A DNA stretch of 54,515 nt from an uncultured Gammaproteobacteria bacterium (GTDB taxonomy: Bacteria > Patescibacteriota > Microgenomatia > Daviesbacterales > UBA10151). The DNA lies in assembly GCA_964640215.1 (NCBI GenBank), contig CAZXEW010000059.1, forward strand, positions 1-54,515, read 5' to 3'. A program made the position numbers and the translations under genes. Position 1 is the first letter of the stretch, and every line of letters starts with the position of its first letter. The notes under the pieces are model-generated. The model saw only the letters and a list, made by a program, of their open reading frames with translations. It was not told the DNA's origin and ran no database searches. Shown here piece after piece: positions 8,351 through 18,487 of this stretch.

Positions 8351-9391
8351 CTAGCCTTCCCAGAGGGCCAGTCCAACCGCCAGAGAATAGCTGGAAACTT
8401 CGTTGGCCAGTTTAGCCTTAATGGAGGGGTCTTTATTGACTGCTTGCCAGGGATCAGCTTCCTGGACCTCGAGACCCAAGACGTTGGCAAAGTAGATGAC
8501 AAGGCCTGGCAGCTGAGAGCCGCCGCCAGATAGGACGACTCGTTTGATTTGTTTATCAGGATTTTGGGTTTCGTGAGCTTGGATGACCCGTTTAGATTCA
8601 GAGACGATGATGTCGGTAATTGGCTTAAGGACTTGATGGAGTTTGCCTTCCAGCTGATCTTCGAGTAACCCGTAGACTTTTTTGTACTCTTCGGCTTGGG
8701 CTAGCTCAAAGCTAAAAGATTGAGCAATCGCTCTGGTCAGAGCTAAGCTACCGGTCGAAATGGACCGAGTCAGTAATATCAGCCCTTCAGAGATAACTGC
8801 ATAATCCGTGGTCAGAGTGTTGAGCTGGATGATCAGGGTCGTTGGTGAATAGGTGTTGAAGCCGACTAATGAGCGGCTAAGAGCGACCAGTTCAGTCTCG
8901 ATGGCTAGGGGTTTTAAATCGGCGGCGGCCAAGACTTTTAGGTATTTATCAATCAACATCTTCGGAGAAGCGACAGCCAAAACGACCGTTCGGCTACCAG
9001 GTCCTTTTTGGGGAGATCGAAAGAGGATTTGATAATTTAAATTGACATCCTGGATCGGCATCGGCACGAATTCTTCGGCGGCAAAGCGAATGGCTTGACC
9101 AAGTTCATCGTTGGTTAAGAAAGGCAGATCGTAAATGACTCGGGTAAAGATTTTTGATTCCGGTAATGCCACTACGACTTCCCGGGTGGGGGATTTTATT
9201 TCGGCGACTAAAGACTTGAGGCTAATGCCGATGGCTTCTAAATCAAGATCAGCATCAGAGGAGATCCCCGGAGGCGGGGTTGGAATTTTACCCAGCGAGA
9301 CCAGTTTGGGCGGGTTGTGACGATGAGATAGAACTACGGCACGAATTGCCGAGGTTCCAATATCAATGCCGAGAACGTTTTGGACAGCCAT
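8351..9391 (-). CDS. pilM: Type IV pilus assembly protein PilM
   Basis: Actin-like fold: LGIDIGTSAIR, VVLSGGGSQLPGL, AVGLAL. Confidence 0.93.
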   Translation of the reverse strand: MAVQNVLGIDIGTSAIRAVVLSHRHNPPKLVSLGKIPTPPPGISSDADLDLEAIGISLKSLVAEIKSPTREVVVALPESKIFTRVIYDLPFLTNDELGQAIRFAAEEFVPMPIQDVNLNYQILFRSPQKGPGSRTVVLAVASPKMLIDKYLKVLAAADLKPLAIETELVALSRSLVGFNTYSPTTLIIQLNTLTTDYAVISEGLILLTRSISTGSLALTRAIAQSFSFELAQAEEYKKVYGLLEDQLEGKLHQVLKPITDIIVSESKRVIQAHETQNPDKQIKRVVLSGGGSQLPGLVIYFANVLGLEVQEADPWQAVNKDPSIKAKLANEVSSYSLAVGLALWEG

Positions 9392-9401
9392 AGTAATAGT
9401 G

Positions 9402-9482
9402 GCTAGAGTCTAGAATCTAGATGCTAGAAAGCTATAACAAGCCTCTTTTATATTAACCTAGCCACTAGTATCTAGCAACTAG
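9402..9482. repeat. Heptamer (nCTAGnn) inverted-repeat element
   Basis: gctagag tctagaa tctagat gctagaa ... cctagcc actagta tctagca actag. Confidence 0.7.
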
Positions 9483-11315
9483 TTACTTGTTTTGGTAGGT
9501 GCCTTTGATAACCGAGAAGTTGCCTGACGGACCGGAGGTGAAAAACATCTGAGCCAGTCCGGAATCATAGGTAACGATTGCATTATTATCCAGGACTATT
9601 TTCCAACCACTAACTTCATGCAAGGACGCGTTATTGTGAAGAAAGATGATGCCGTTGTTGGCATAAAAGATGCTGGTAGTGCTGCCATTGTCGGCATCAA
9701 TGGCGGTGATGCCATTTGTCCGCGAATCAAAGTTACTTAAACCCAACAGATAACTGCCGCTGGTACCAGAGCCTTTTAACTGACCATTATTGTGAAGGGT
9801 TATTTTTCCATCAACGACGATAATGCCAGAGGCGGCACCGTAGGTGGATTTTAGTTTAAGTTGAGCACCGTTGTCTAAGGATAGGTCTCCGGTAATCCAG
9901 ATCGGGTCAGTCATGGTAGCGATACAGTTATTAGTCAAACTGATGTTGCCGACATATTTGCCCGCGTTTAAAGTTGCCTGACAGCTGCTAATATTACCAG
10001 TATAAGTGCCGATCCCAGAGGCCTGATCTTTCCAAGCCTGAATGTTAGCATCAGAAACGGGTAGAACTTTAGGAGTGGGGTCAGCTGAGCCAGGATGGTA
10101 GCTACCAGCGGTGACACCACTGATTAATTGGTAATAAGCTCCACCGGTGATATTAATGTTATTTATGGTATTGGCATAGGCGTTACCACCAATTGAAGCT
10201 CCGTTTGATCCCTGGATAAAGGTGGCCACGCCACCCATAAAGGTTTTAAAACCCAAATCACCGGCAATGGTAGTCCAGACCGGACTGCTGGCTTGCCAAT
10301 TAGGCGACCAGGCACTGCCCCCTCTGGTATAACCTTGGGTGGTATCCTGCGACCAGGTCCAGTAGTAATTAACGTTAGCGGAGGTATCGATGAGGATCCA
10401 GTAAGGAGTTTCAGCGGTCAAGGAAGGGGTGCTGGAAAAAGTCACATCAACAAATCCGTATTGATTGGTGACTAAGTTGGCCGACAGGGTGCCAGATGTT
10501 AAAACGTTGTTTTTATTTGGTTTACCACTGGAATCGCCCAAGATCCGGACAGTCGCATCTGGAGGAGTACCGACTTTTTTAAGCTTTAGTGACACTTTAT
10601 TAATGACAGCCGTGGCGACCGGTTTAAAGCCTTGGGCAACATCAAGTTGGCTATTAGCAGTTTTGCCAAATATAAAATCGGTGCAGTTTGGCACTGTACA
10701 ATCGCTTTGCTGGTCAGCAGCGGGTTGAACCCCGCCGGCAACATAGGCGTCGCCGGTGATCTGGGAGTTGTTACTCATATTAATACTACTGTTGGAATAA
10801 ATCGAGCCAACGATTCGAGCGTTATTATTTAGCTGAATTCCACCTTCACCAACCTGGACTCCGTAAACAAAGGAGACACCGGCACCCTTGACCACTTGGA
10901 TCTGAATTGCCCTTTTAACGATTGGTTTGGTTTTGTTAGGCAAATAGCCGGTAGCGGTGATAATTTTATTGGAAGAATCGATAGAAGTGATAGCAACTGA
11001 GTAAGAGCCCGATCCGAAGTTGGTTTCAACCTCACCGGTATAGACACCAGCGGTAGTATTTAAAGAGGCAACGGCTTTATCAATTCCGGCCTCGGCCAAA
11101 TTAATGGCTTGGACGTCGCTAACAGAATAGCGTGAACTCTGATTGTAGGTCAGAGCATTACCGATAATAATGACGGTAGTGACTACCACAAGCGTTAGGA
11201 CAATGATTGCCAGAATAAACATTTGGCCTCCTTGGTTATTAGTTTTTAGTTCGTAGTTAGTAGTATTTTGATATTTACTAAGAACTCTGAACCAAGAACT
11301 AAGTACTTTATTCAT
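9483..11315 (-). CDS. Large PilX/PilK-like minor pilin, putative tip adhesin
   Basis: QGGQMFILAII pilin-like helix, AINLAEAGI PilX motif, a jelly-roll-like central domain (AQGFKP...YWILID) and Asn/Gly-rich beta-helix-like repeats. Confidence 0.7.
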   Translation of the reverse strand: MNKVLSSWFRVLSKYQNTTNYELKTNNQGGQMFILAIIVLTLVVVTTVIIIGNALTYNQSSRYSVSDVQAINLAEAGIDKAVASLNTTAGVYTGEVETNFGSGSYSVAITSIDSSNKIITATGYLPNKTKPIVKRAIQIQVVKGAGVSFVYGVQVGEGGIQLNNNARIVGSIYSNSSINMSNNSQITGDAYVAGGVQPAADQQSDCTVPNCTDFIFGKTANSQLDVAQGFKPVATAVINKVSLKLKKVGTPPDATVRILGDSSGKPNKNNVLTSGTLSANLVTNQYGFVDVTFSSTPSLTAETPYWILIDTSANVNYYWTWSQDTTQGYTRGGSAWSPNWQASSPVWTTIAGDLGFKTFMGGVATFIQGSNGASIGGNAYANTINNINITGGAYYQLISGVTAGSYHPGSADPTPKVLPVSDANIQAWKDQASGIGTYTGNISSCQATLNAGKYVGNISLTNNCIATMTDPIWITGDLSLDNGAQLKLKSTYGAASGIIVVDGKITLHNNGQLKGSGTSGSYLLGLSNFDSRTNGITAIDADNGSTTSIFYANNGIIFLHNNASLHEVSGWKIVLDNNAIVTYDSGLAQMFFTSGPSGNFSVIKGTYQNK

Positions 11316-11905
11316 TAGTTGTTTCGTAGGCTGACTTGACCACTGGAACTGCTTTGCTGCTGTTTATCTCCGAATGTGGTCGAAAGGTTAATCGTGAAAT
11401 TAATAATTGAGGCGCTGGTTGGGGCGATTGGATTTTTATTGGAATCCAAATAGACGAAAGTGATTTGGGCGAGGTCCTGAGCTAAGATTCGGTTTGAGCT
11501 GCCGCGGTAGCTAGTGGCATCTGGAAAGATGTGTTCGCGCAAAATCTTCGGGTTCTGGCTATCCTTGGCGATGACCACGTAATCAGAGATCGAGGTGAGG
11601 GCGTTACCATTGGCATCGGTCGCCGGCAGAGACAGAACAAGCGTATTGGCATCGGTGGTGTATTGAGGACTTCCCACCGGGTAGGCGCTGACAACTGCGG
11701 TGGCAGATCGGATATCGGCGTTTATTTTCGAGAAAGCATCATTTAGACTGACACCCTGGGTGGTTTTGGCTTGTTGGCTATTAAAGAGGCTGTTATTTTG
11801 GACAAAAATAGAGATTAATAGGATTCCGACAATACTAGAGATAGCAGCGACCAAGATTAGTTCAGCTAAGGATAGGCCTGTTTCGCTGAAGAACCATCGA
11901 ATCAT
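11315..11905 (-). CDS. Minor pilin (PilW/PulJ-like)
   Basis: ETG|LSLAELILVAAI class III signal with E+5. Confidence 0.8.
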   Translation of the reverse strand: MIRWFFSETGLSLAELILVAAISSIVGILLISIFVQNNSLFNSQQAKTTQGVSLNDAFSKINADIRSATAVVSAYPVGSPQYTTDANTLVLSLPATDANGNALTSISDYVVIAKDSQNPKILREHIFPDATSYRGSSNRILAQDLAQITFVYLDSNKNPIAPTSASIINFTINLSTTFGDKQQQSSSSGQVSLRNN

Positions 11906-12312
11906 TTGAGTCCTCCTTCTGAGATGAGGGTATCAAATTGGATATTAGTATTTTTGCTGCCTTCATTCCAGCTGATATAAACGTTGACTGTTTTGGCTTT
12001 TTCGTTGCTCAGGCAGGTCGGTGGGGCGCAGTCGGCGATGGTGATTGTCCCAGTCGATGCCAGTAAGCTACTCAGGCGTGGATCCGAGATATTGGTGGTG
12101 CCATTGGCTAAATTAGCGTAAGTTTTGAGCCTTAAGTTGTCCATTTGTTCAGTGGCAATTTGTTTGGCGAGCGATTGATGATTGCTATTGCCGGTTAATT
12201 TTAAGGATGAGGGGATATTGCCGAGTAAGAGGGCGATGAAACCGACGATCAGCACGACCAACAGGATTTCCACTAGTGAAAAACCCGAGTTCGAATGTCT
12301 GATAATAGTCAT
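11902..12312 (-). CDS. Minor pilin (PilV/PulI-like)
   Basis: NSG|FSLVEILLV; ATG 12312 chosen because the track's start overlaps the upstream gene. Confidence 0.8.
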   Translation of the reverse strand: MTIIRHSNSGFSLVEILLVVLIVGFIALLLGNIPSSLKLTGNSNHQSLAKQIATEQMDNLRLKTYANLANGTTNISDPRLSSLLASTGTITIADCAPPTCLSNEKAKTVNVYISWNEGSKNTNIQFDTLISEGGLK

Positions 12313-12316
12313 TTTT

Positions 12317-13243
12317 TTAACAGGCCGCATTGGCATTTTTACAAATTGGTCCGCTGGAAAAAATCGAGAAATCAAAATAGAATGGAGTGACATTTTTTTG
12401 AACAAATAGATGGAGCTTGCGCTGGGTTTGGCCGGAATAGCCTTTTGAAGTATAGATGACAATTTGGGCTGGTAATACTGCATTACCGATTGGGGCGATG
12501 GCGATTTTTTGGGGGACGTTTGATGTGTCGTAGAGAATTCTGACGCGGACTAAAATTGGGATTTCGCCAACCGGTACAATATTGACGGTGTATTGGCAAT
12601 AAAAAATACTGTTTGAAGGTTGGTCGGACCTTAGATTGTAAGTCAGTTTTGTTTTGGCGCCGTTACAACTTGCGGCAGAATAGGTAAAGTTATTATTCCC
12701 ACGGTTGGAAGAGTCTAAGTAAGTGCGGTAGGCTTGATAAGAACCACTGGCTGTTCTAGTAACCACGGCCACTTCTACACCTGGCAGGCTATCGGCATCC
12801 TGATTTACATTGCCAAATAGTATATCGAAATTGGTTCGGTTATCAGGGGGGAGGCTATAAAATGGTTCAAGGGTATCGGGATGTGCTAACCAAAATTGAG
12901 CAAAGGCAGTCTTATCGATTTCAGGATACTCTAAGCCTTTATTTAGGTCTGAGGAGATCGGGACAAGACCACTCGAGATGACATCTGCACTGGATTGGTT
13001 ACCTAGTTCAGTGCTTGTTACGAACGGAACAGGGGATGCACCGGCGGACGAGTCGAAAGCGGTGTTGGTACCGATGGCCTTTTCAATACCTGCTTCGGCA
13101 GCCGAAAAAGCTCGGGTGGATTGGTCAATCTTGGTGGAGGTGGCGACATCGGTTAGGGATCGTTGAGTGATGGCTAAACCGATGGTTAGTGAAACTAGGG
13201 TAGCTAGTAAAATAATTAGTAGTGCTTGGCCTGTTTGATTCAT
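12317..13243 (-). CDS. Minor pilin (PilX-like)
   Basis: QTG|QALLIILL and RAFSAAEAGIE motifs. Confidence 0.8.
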   Translation of the reverse strand: MNQTGQALLIILLATLVSLTIGLAITQRSLTDVATSTKIDQSTRAFSAAEAGIEKAIGTNTAFDSSAGASPVPFVTSTELGNQSSADVISSGLVPISSDLNKGLEYPEIDKTAFAQFWLAHPDTLEPFYSLPPDNRTNFDILFGNVNQDADSLPGVEVAVVTRTASGSYQAYRTYLDSSNRGNNNFTYSAASCNGAKTKLTYNLRSDQPSNSIFYCQYTVNIVPVGEIPILVRVRILYDTSNVPQKIAIAPIGNAVLPAQIVIYTSKGYSGQTQRKLHLFVQKNVTPFYFDFSIFSSGPICKNANAAC

Positions 13244-13947
13244 TTTCGGACTTGGATAGTTGTTTCAAAAACCTGACCACTGGTGTCAGTGCCGATGGTT
13301 TCTTCGGAACGGTTGTTAGTGTTGATGCGTTGAGATAGTGCAAATGAGATTGAGACTGAGTCGCTCGAACCAGCACTGCGGTTGATCATAAAGAAATTGC
13401 CAGATCCTTGGAGGCTACTTGGTAATCTGACTGCTACCACCCCGGAGGTAGGATCGGCATCGATTAGGTTGGCTGGGTTGTTTAAGGTAAGATCGCTGCC
13501 GCAGTGGCTGGGAGCATCTCTGGAGTCGATAATGTTGGTGGGGTGATCTGACTGGATATTGCCATTGGCGGAACTATCGGCTGAGGTAATTCGGAATCTA
13601 GTGTAATTAATGGTGTCTTGAACCTTGTAAGAGAGGATCATGGTATCACCCCAGGTGACTTTGTTATTTTCAGGATCAGTGGTGAGGGCGCCTTTATTTC
13701 CGACGCAGACGACTGATTCAGCTCCGCGAATAGATTGATCCATATAAGTTAAAGCGGCTGAGCCGTTTCTTTTTATGTTACCTAGGAGTTGAGTTTTGGT
13801 GTTTGATTGGAAGGTCCGAGACAGGAGTGAGGCGATAATCAGACCGATAATTGAAATGATTGAGACCGAGATGAGGGCTTCAATCAGGGTGAAACCGTTT
13901 TTAGTTCGTAGTTCGTAGTTCGTAGTTCGTAGTGGGGGATGGATCAT
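13240..13947 (-). CDS. Minor pilin with heptamer-repeat-encoded leader
   Basis: KNG|FTLIEALISVSI; ATG 13947 overlaps the upstream stop (ATGA); leader LRTTNYELRT comes from (TAGTTCG)4 on the + strand at 13902-13933. Confidence 0.85.
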   Translation of the reverse strand: MIHPPLRTTNYELRTKNGFTLIEALISVSIISIIGLIIASLLSRTFQSNTKTQLLGNIKRNGSAALTYMDQSIRGAESVVCVGNKGALTTDPENNKVTWGDTMILSYKVQDTINYTRFRITSADSSANGNIQSDHPTNIIDSRDAPSHCGSDLTLNNPANLIDADPTSGVVAVRLPSSLQGSGNFFMINRSAGSSDSVSISFALSQRINTNNRSEETIGTDTSGQVFETTIQVRK

Positions 13948-14456
13948 ATGTCTTTTGAAATTATGGTGACGAGTTGCGATTGGTGTGTTCCGGAGTAATC
14001 GGTCCAATTGACTTGGGCGCTAACTTTGACTTTATCAGGCACTGATGCCGGGCCCAAAGCGATAGTGCGGGTAAAGCGACCATTGGCCAAGCTCTGGGCT
14101 GGGCCGTTGGTAAGACTACACTGTGTAGCATTATAGCTGATAACAAAAATAGGGGCGATGAAATTCACGTTCCAGACTAAATTTCCGGTTGAATTAGCTG
14201 GATCGGCTCGCCAATAGTAAATCACTGATCCAGTATCAGTGACCGGACAATTGCGGTCTTTAATGACTCGGACTTGCTCAAGACCTTCCTGGGCTAGTTT
14301 AGTGGCCTGAATCTGATTTTGAGCGTACTGACTATTTCTTAAGCCTATGATGGTGGTCACGGCGATGGCAGCGATGACAACTATAGCTAGTCCTGAGGCG
14401 ATAGTAACTTCTAACAGAGCCTGCCCTTGAGGCTCAAAACTGGTCTTATTTGGCAT
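13944..14456 (-). CDS. Minor pilin
   Basis: PQG|QALLEVTIA, ATKLAQEGLEQVR. Confidence 0.8.
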   Translation of the reverse strand: MPNKTSFEPQGQALLEVTIASGLAIVVIAAIAVTTIIGLRNSQYAQNQIQATKLAQEGLEQVRVIKDRNCPVTDTGSVIYYWRADPANSTGNLVWNVNFIAPIFVISYNATQCSLTNGPAQSLANGRFTRTIALGPASVPDKVKVSAQVNWTDYSGTHQSQLVTIISKDI

Positions 14457-15030
14457 TGATTGATCCTCCTTGGTTGATAGTGATGGTTTTTATGATGCCC
14501 GGCAGTTGGGTATCAGTGAGAGTAAAAGAGATGGTGTTACTACTTCCGCACGAGAAGTAAGTACTCTTGCGGGTAAAAGTGACGAACCAAGGCAAGGGAC
14601 ACCCGCTTGGTGCTTGTAAGGCGAGGTTACTGACTAGGTTGGTAGTTGTTTTAATGTTGGCTGTTGTCATTTGTGTTGGTACTGAGGCGGGGTCTTGGCA
14701 GATAGTGCCGATTGAATAATTATCGGCGTAGATTAAAACTTCCCAGTTTAGGATGAGATTATTGGCGCAAGGTGCGGTGAGTTGTGTGCTTAGGGGCGTT
14801 GGAGCGGGCTGGACGTTGGCCTGGGCATAAGATTGGGCCTGGCGCAGAGTAGAGGCTAATTTGTCGAGCTCGTTATTTAAAAGTTGAGTCTCGCTAAAAT
14901 TTCGTAAAGTCGGAATCCCCACCGCCGTGACTATGGCTAGGATCGACATACTGACCAAAATCTCGATCAGGGTGAAACCGTTTTTAGTCGGTAGTAGGTA
15001 GTCGGTAGTAGGTAGTCGGAGCAGCGGCAT
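14446..15030 (-). CDS. Minor pilin (FimT/PulH-like) with repeat-encoded leader
   Basis: KNG|FTLIEILVSMSI, LRQAQSYAQA; leader LPTTDYLLPT comes from repeats at 14985-15019. Confidence 0.85.
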   Translation of the reverse strand: MPLLRLPTTDYLLPTKNGFTLIEILVSMSILAIVTAVGIPTLRNFSETQLLNNELDKLASTLRQAQSYAQANVQPAPTPLSTQLTAPCANNLILNWEVLIYADNYSIGTICQDPASVPTQMTTANIKTTTNLVSNLALQAPSGCPLPWFVTFTRKSTYFSCGSSNTISFTLTDTQLPGIIKTITINQGGSINAK

Positions 15031-15074
15031 TGTATTAAAAGTAGCACAAATTGGCTCGGGAGTCACCTAAATTA

Positions 15075-15563
15075 TTAAGGGCCGGTGATTGCAAAATTGT
15101 AAAAGGCGGCAGCTGGCGGACAGACTACTGGAATATTGGGAGAGGCTTGATTTTCCAGCTTGGCGTAGAGGCAATAATTGGAACAGATGCTCGTTGGGCT
15201 ATTAGTACAATCCGGAGGACCTACAGGCAGTGTTTTATAATCATAATTGGAGCTGTCGACCGGGTCTTTGGGGATGGTATTAAGATAAGTTTTAGTGGCC
15301 GGGACTGGGACTGGTGCCGGCCGACCTGTTAAGTTGGTGATGGGCAAACCGGCTGCGGGGAGGGGCTGCGTAGGGTAGAAGGATTGGTCGGCGTTGTAAT
15401 GTTCCAAGGCGTTTTGGATGGTTCGTAAATCAGATTGGCGCTGGGTATTGCGGGAGCTGCGCTGAGTAGCAGTATAGGCCGAGAGCGCAAAGCCCGAGAG
15501 CAGGGCAATGATACTAATGGCGACTAATAATTCGATCAGACTAAAGGCTTGTGAGGAGTTCAT
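15075..15563 (-). CDS. Pilin/pseudopilin (PulG-like)
   Basis: SQA|FSLIELLVAISI, RNTQRQSDLRTIQNALEHY...YP, IPKDP, YCLYAKLEN. Confidence 0.85.
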   Translation of the reverse strand: MNSSQAFSLIELLVAISIIALLSGFALSAYTATQRSSRNTQRQSDLRTIQNALEHYNADQSFYPTQPLPAAGLPITNLTGRPAPVPVPATKTYLNTIPKDPVDSSNYDYKTLPVGPPDCTNSPTSICSNYCLYAKLENQASPNIPVVCPPAAAFYNFAITGP

Positions 15564-15581
15564 ATAATAAAATATACCATA

Positions 15582-16481
15582 TTAATATGGTCGGTAATTT
15601 AAATACCAGCTAACCAGATCGTTTCCCCAAAAAAGGCTAATAATGGTGCCAATGCTGAGGAATGGGCCAAAAGGGATAGTTTGACCGAAGTGTTTTTTGC
15701 CAAGCAGAAGTAGTCCGATGCCGGCAATTGAGCCGGTTAAAAAAGATAGCATTAAGGCCACTAAGCTGGCTGGGAAACCTAAGACTAAACCGATATAAAC
15801 ACCTAGTTTTAGATCACCGCCGCCCATACCTCGGCCACGGGTAACAATTATTAAAGTAGCAAAAAAGAGGCCAATGCCGAGAGCTGACGCCAGGCCTGCT
15901 ATTAAGGGACCTGCAGCACTGAAGATTTGGAGGTAGTAATAATTTGAGTACGGTGGAAGTAAATATTTCCCGAGAGAGGAGCTGTTGAGAGATTGGAAGA
16001 GCAACCAACTTTGATAAATTAACAATCCACAGATAATACTTAGGCTCCAGAAAGCGGCCGGATAAGTGATCCGGTCAGGGATAATGCCAGCTTTAAGGTC
16101 TGTTAACAGGGTGATGATCATTGTGCAGATGATGATGATTTTAAGAAGTAGCATTCCGAAGGGTAAGATCATCTCTTGAATCGGTAAATTCAAGGTGTTC
16201 AGTGGTGACTCGGTAAAGAATAAAAAGCCGATAATGATGGCGGTGAGGGCTTCGGTTAATGGATATTCCCAAGGAATTTTATTTTGACACAGCCGGCAGC
16301 GGCCGAAAGTAAGTAAATAGGACAGAATAGGAAAAAGGTCGTACCACCTTAACTGCCCACGGCAATTAGGACAATACGACCTTCCCATAAATGATTCGCC
16401 TGACAAAGATCTATCGGCCAAACATTTAACTAAGCTACCAAGCACCAAACCTAAGATAACTCCAAACCCCAAATTAAGCAT
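15582..16481 (-). CDS. pilD: Prepilin peptidase (A24) with N-terminal zinc domain
   Basis: RSYCPNC...LRWYDLFPILSY, GRCRLC, DLKAGIIPD, MGGGDLKL, IPFGPFL. Confidence 0.95.
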   Translation of the reverse strand: MLNLGFGVILGLVLGSLVKCLADRSLSGESFMGRSYCPNCRGQLRWYDLFPILSYLLTFGRCRLCQNKIPWEYPLTEALTAIIIGFLFFTESPLNTLNLPIQEMILPFGMLLLKIIIICTMIITLLTDLKAGIIPDRITYPAAFWSLSIICGLLIYQSWLLFQSLNSSSLGKYLLPPYSNYYYLQIFSAAGPLIAGLASALGIGLFFATLIIVTRGRGMGGGDLKLGVYIGLVLGFPASLVALMLSFLTGSIAGIGLLLLGKKHFGQTIPFGPFLSIGTIISLFWGNDLVSWYLNYRPY

Positions 16482-16486
16482 ACAAT

Positions 16487-17065
16487 TTAGGGTATGATGG
16501 TTAGATCAGAACCGACTTCATAGGCAGTGTCATTATTTCCGCCGTCAGTAGTCATCTTGGGACTTTGTTGGGCTGATTCTAGTACAGCATCGATCTCCCA
16601 AGCAGGAGATGCAACATTTGCATTGGTTTGATAGGTGTAAACGTACACTCCATTGTTGATTTGATCAATAGGTAGGGTCGATACAGATAATGCTTTGGCG
16701 CTACTTAGATTAACCTTAACCCAACCTGTGCCATCATTTTTTCGGGTAGCTGCACCTGTCGCACCTGAAGAGCCAGTACATGGCAGAGCAGAACCGTTAC
16801 AGAGAATGTTTGAACCACCAGTAGAGGCTTCTTGAACAGCCACACCGATGGCTTGGTGTAAACTGATTAGATCTGCAATTCTGGCAATATCTCTGGCTCG
16901 TTTGGTTAGTTCAAGCGGGTTGATAATAAGGACAACGACGGCTGCTAAAATAGCAACGATCGCGATAACAACCAAAAGCTCTACCAGCGTAAATCCTTCA
17001 CCAGTTGTTTTTGATAATCTCTTGGACAGAGAATAATTTTGAGCAGTTTTTTTCAGATTATTCAC
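16487..17065 (-). CDS. pilA: Major type IV pilin (probable)
   Basis: GEG|FTLVELLVVIAIVAILAAVV...INPLE..KRARD; preceded by a perfect AGGAGGTGA; start is GTG 17065 or CTG 17056. Confidence 0.85.
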   Translation of the reverse strand: MNNLKKTAQNYSLSKRLSKTTGEGFTLVELLVVIAIVAILAAVVVLIINPLELTKRARDIARIADLISLHQAIGVAVQEASTGGSNILCNGSALPCTGSSGATGAATRKNDGTGWVKVNLSSAKALSVSTLPIDQINNGVYVYTYQTNANVASPAWEIDAVLESAQQSPKMTTDGGNNDTAYEVGSDLTIIP

Positions 17066-17190
17066 CTCCTTAAAAAAGAACCTAGTCTCTAGAAGAGAGT
17101 GACTAGTTACTAACTTATTGTAGTCATAAGTTAAGCCAGTGAGTCAAGTAGTATTTTGTTTAGTAATATTTCAGAGTCTTTGACAAACTG

Positions 17191-17214
17191 TGTCATTCTG
17201 GCTTGTCCAGAATC
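17191..17214. repeat. REP-like palindrome
   Basis: tgtcattctggcttgtccagaatc; same family as 1378-1499. Confidence 0.7.
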
Positions 17215-17272
17215 CTGTTTTGATCCAACGATCTTAATATCAGCGGAATACTCGCAAACTAGACATTGTTTT

Positions 17273-18481
17273 TTAAGAAAACGATGTCGTCAGTTTATAT
17301 ATAGGTAAGATTAGAGAGATTACTAGGAAACCAACACCGACTCCCAGCACGATTAAAACGACGGGTTCGATTATGACGGTGATATTTTTGACGAGATGAT
17401 CGGTTTCGGTTTCGAAGTATTCGGCTAGTTTAAAAGATATCTGGTCGACTTTGCCAGTTTCTTCACCAACTCTAATCATTTGTGAAACGATTTTAGGGAA
17501 GCTATTGGTGCTTTCCAGTTGAGCCGAAAGGGTGAGCCCCCGTTCGACACCCCTATAACTTTCCTGAAGGGCGGATTTATAAACTGCGTTACCAACGATA
17601 TCGGCGACAATCACCAGGGAGTCTAGGATCGGCAATCCGGCGTGGGTCAGCAGGCCAAAGGTTCGAGTAAAGTTGGTGATTGAAGTGCCCCGGACAATTT
17701 TACCAACCAGAGGGATTTTGAGTACGATTTTATCAAAGGTATATTTGCCGGAAGGGGTAGAGGTCCAGCGTTTAATCCCGATGATGATGCCGATGAATAT
17801 CAAAATCATCAGCCACCAGAAAGAAACAAACATATTGGATGTCCAAATCAGCATCTTGGTAGTAATCGGTAAATCGATGTTAGATTGGGTATAAAAGGAG
17901 ACTAGACGGGGCACGACAAAAATCATCATAATGGCCACTACTACGACCATCATCGTAACGACCAGGATTGGATAGATCATGGCGCCGCGGATCCGGCTGC
18001 GAAATTCGCGATCTTTCTCCAAATTGAGGGCCATTTGAGAGAGGACTGAATCAAGTTTTCCGGATTGTTCACCGGCTTTAACTAAGCTGCTGTAAAGAGG
18101 CGGATAAACTTCGGGGTGTTTGCGCAGGGCGCTGGCTAAATCAATACCATTTTTGACGTCTCTGGAGATCTCAGTTAAAACTGCTTTGAAGGTTTTATTG
18201 GTTTGCTGGTCTACTAAAATATCCAGGGAGTCTGACAGGACTAATCCTGATTCGACCATGGTGGCGAGCTGACGGGTGGTAATTACCAAATCGGTAAACG
18301 AGACGGTATTAAAGTATTTACCTAAAAACTGCTGATTTTTGTCATTGATCTCTTTGGCGGATATCAGGATTAGGGCCCGTTTGGACAAAATCCGGGCGAC
18401 CTGATGTTCGTCGGTGGTTTCGATTTCGCCTTTTCGGAGGTTTCCATCTCGGTCTTTGGCAGAATAATTGAATTTGGGCAT
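17273..18481 (-). CDS. pilC: Type IV pilus platform protein PilC (GspF family)
   Basis: TRQLATMVESG, GEQSGKLD, AMIYP, MIRVGEETG, IEPV. Confidence 0.95.
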   Translation of the reverse strand: MPKFNYSAKDRDGNLRKGEIETTDEHQVARILSKRALILISAKEINDKNQQFLGKYFNTVSFTDLVITTRQLATMVESGLVLSDSLDILVDQQTNKTFKAVLTEISRDVKNGIDLASALRKHPEVYPPLYSSLVKAGEQSGKLDSVLSQMALNLEKDREFRSRIRGAMIYPILVVTMMVVVVAIMMIFVVPRLVSFYTQSNIDLPITTKMLIWTSNMFVSFWWLMILIFIGIIIGIKRWTSTPSGKYTFDKIVLKIPLVGKIVRGTSITNFTRTFGLLTHAGLPILDSLVIVADIVGNAVYKSALQESYRGVERGLTLSAQLESTNSFPKIVSQMIRVGEETGKVDQISFKLAEYFETETDHLVKNITVIIEPVVLIVLGVGVGFLVISLILPIYKLTTSFS

Positions 18482-18487
18482 CTATTT

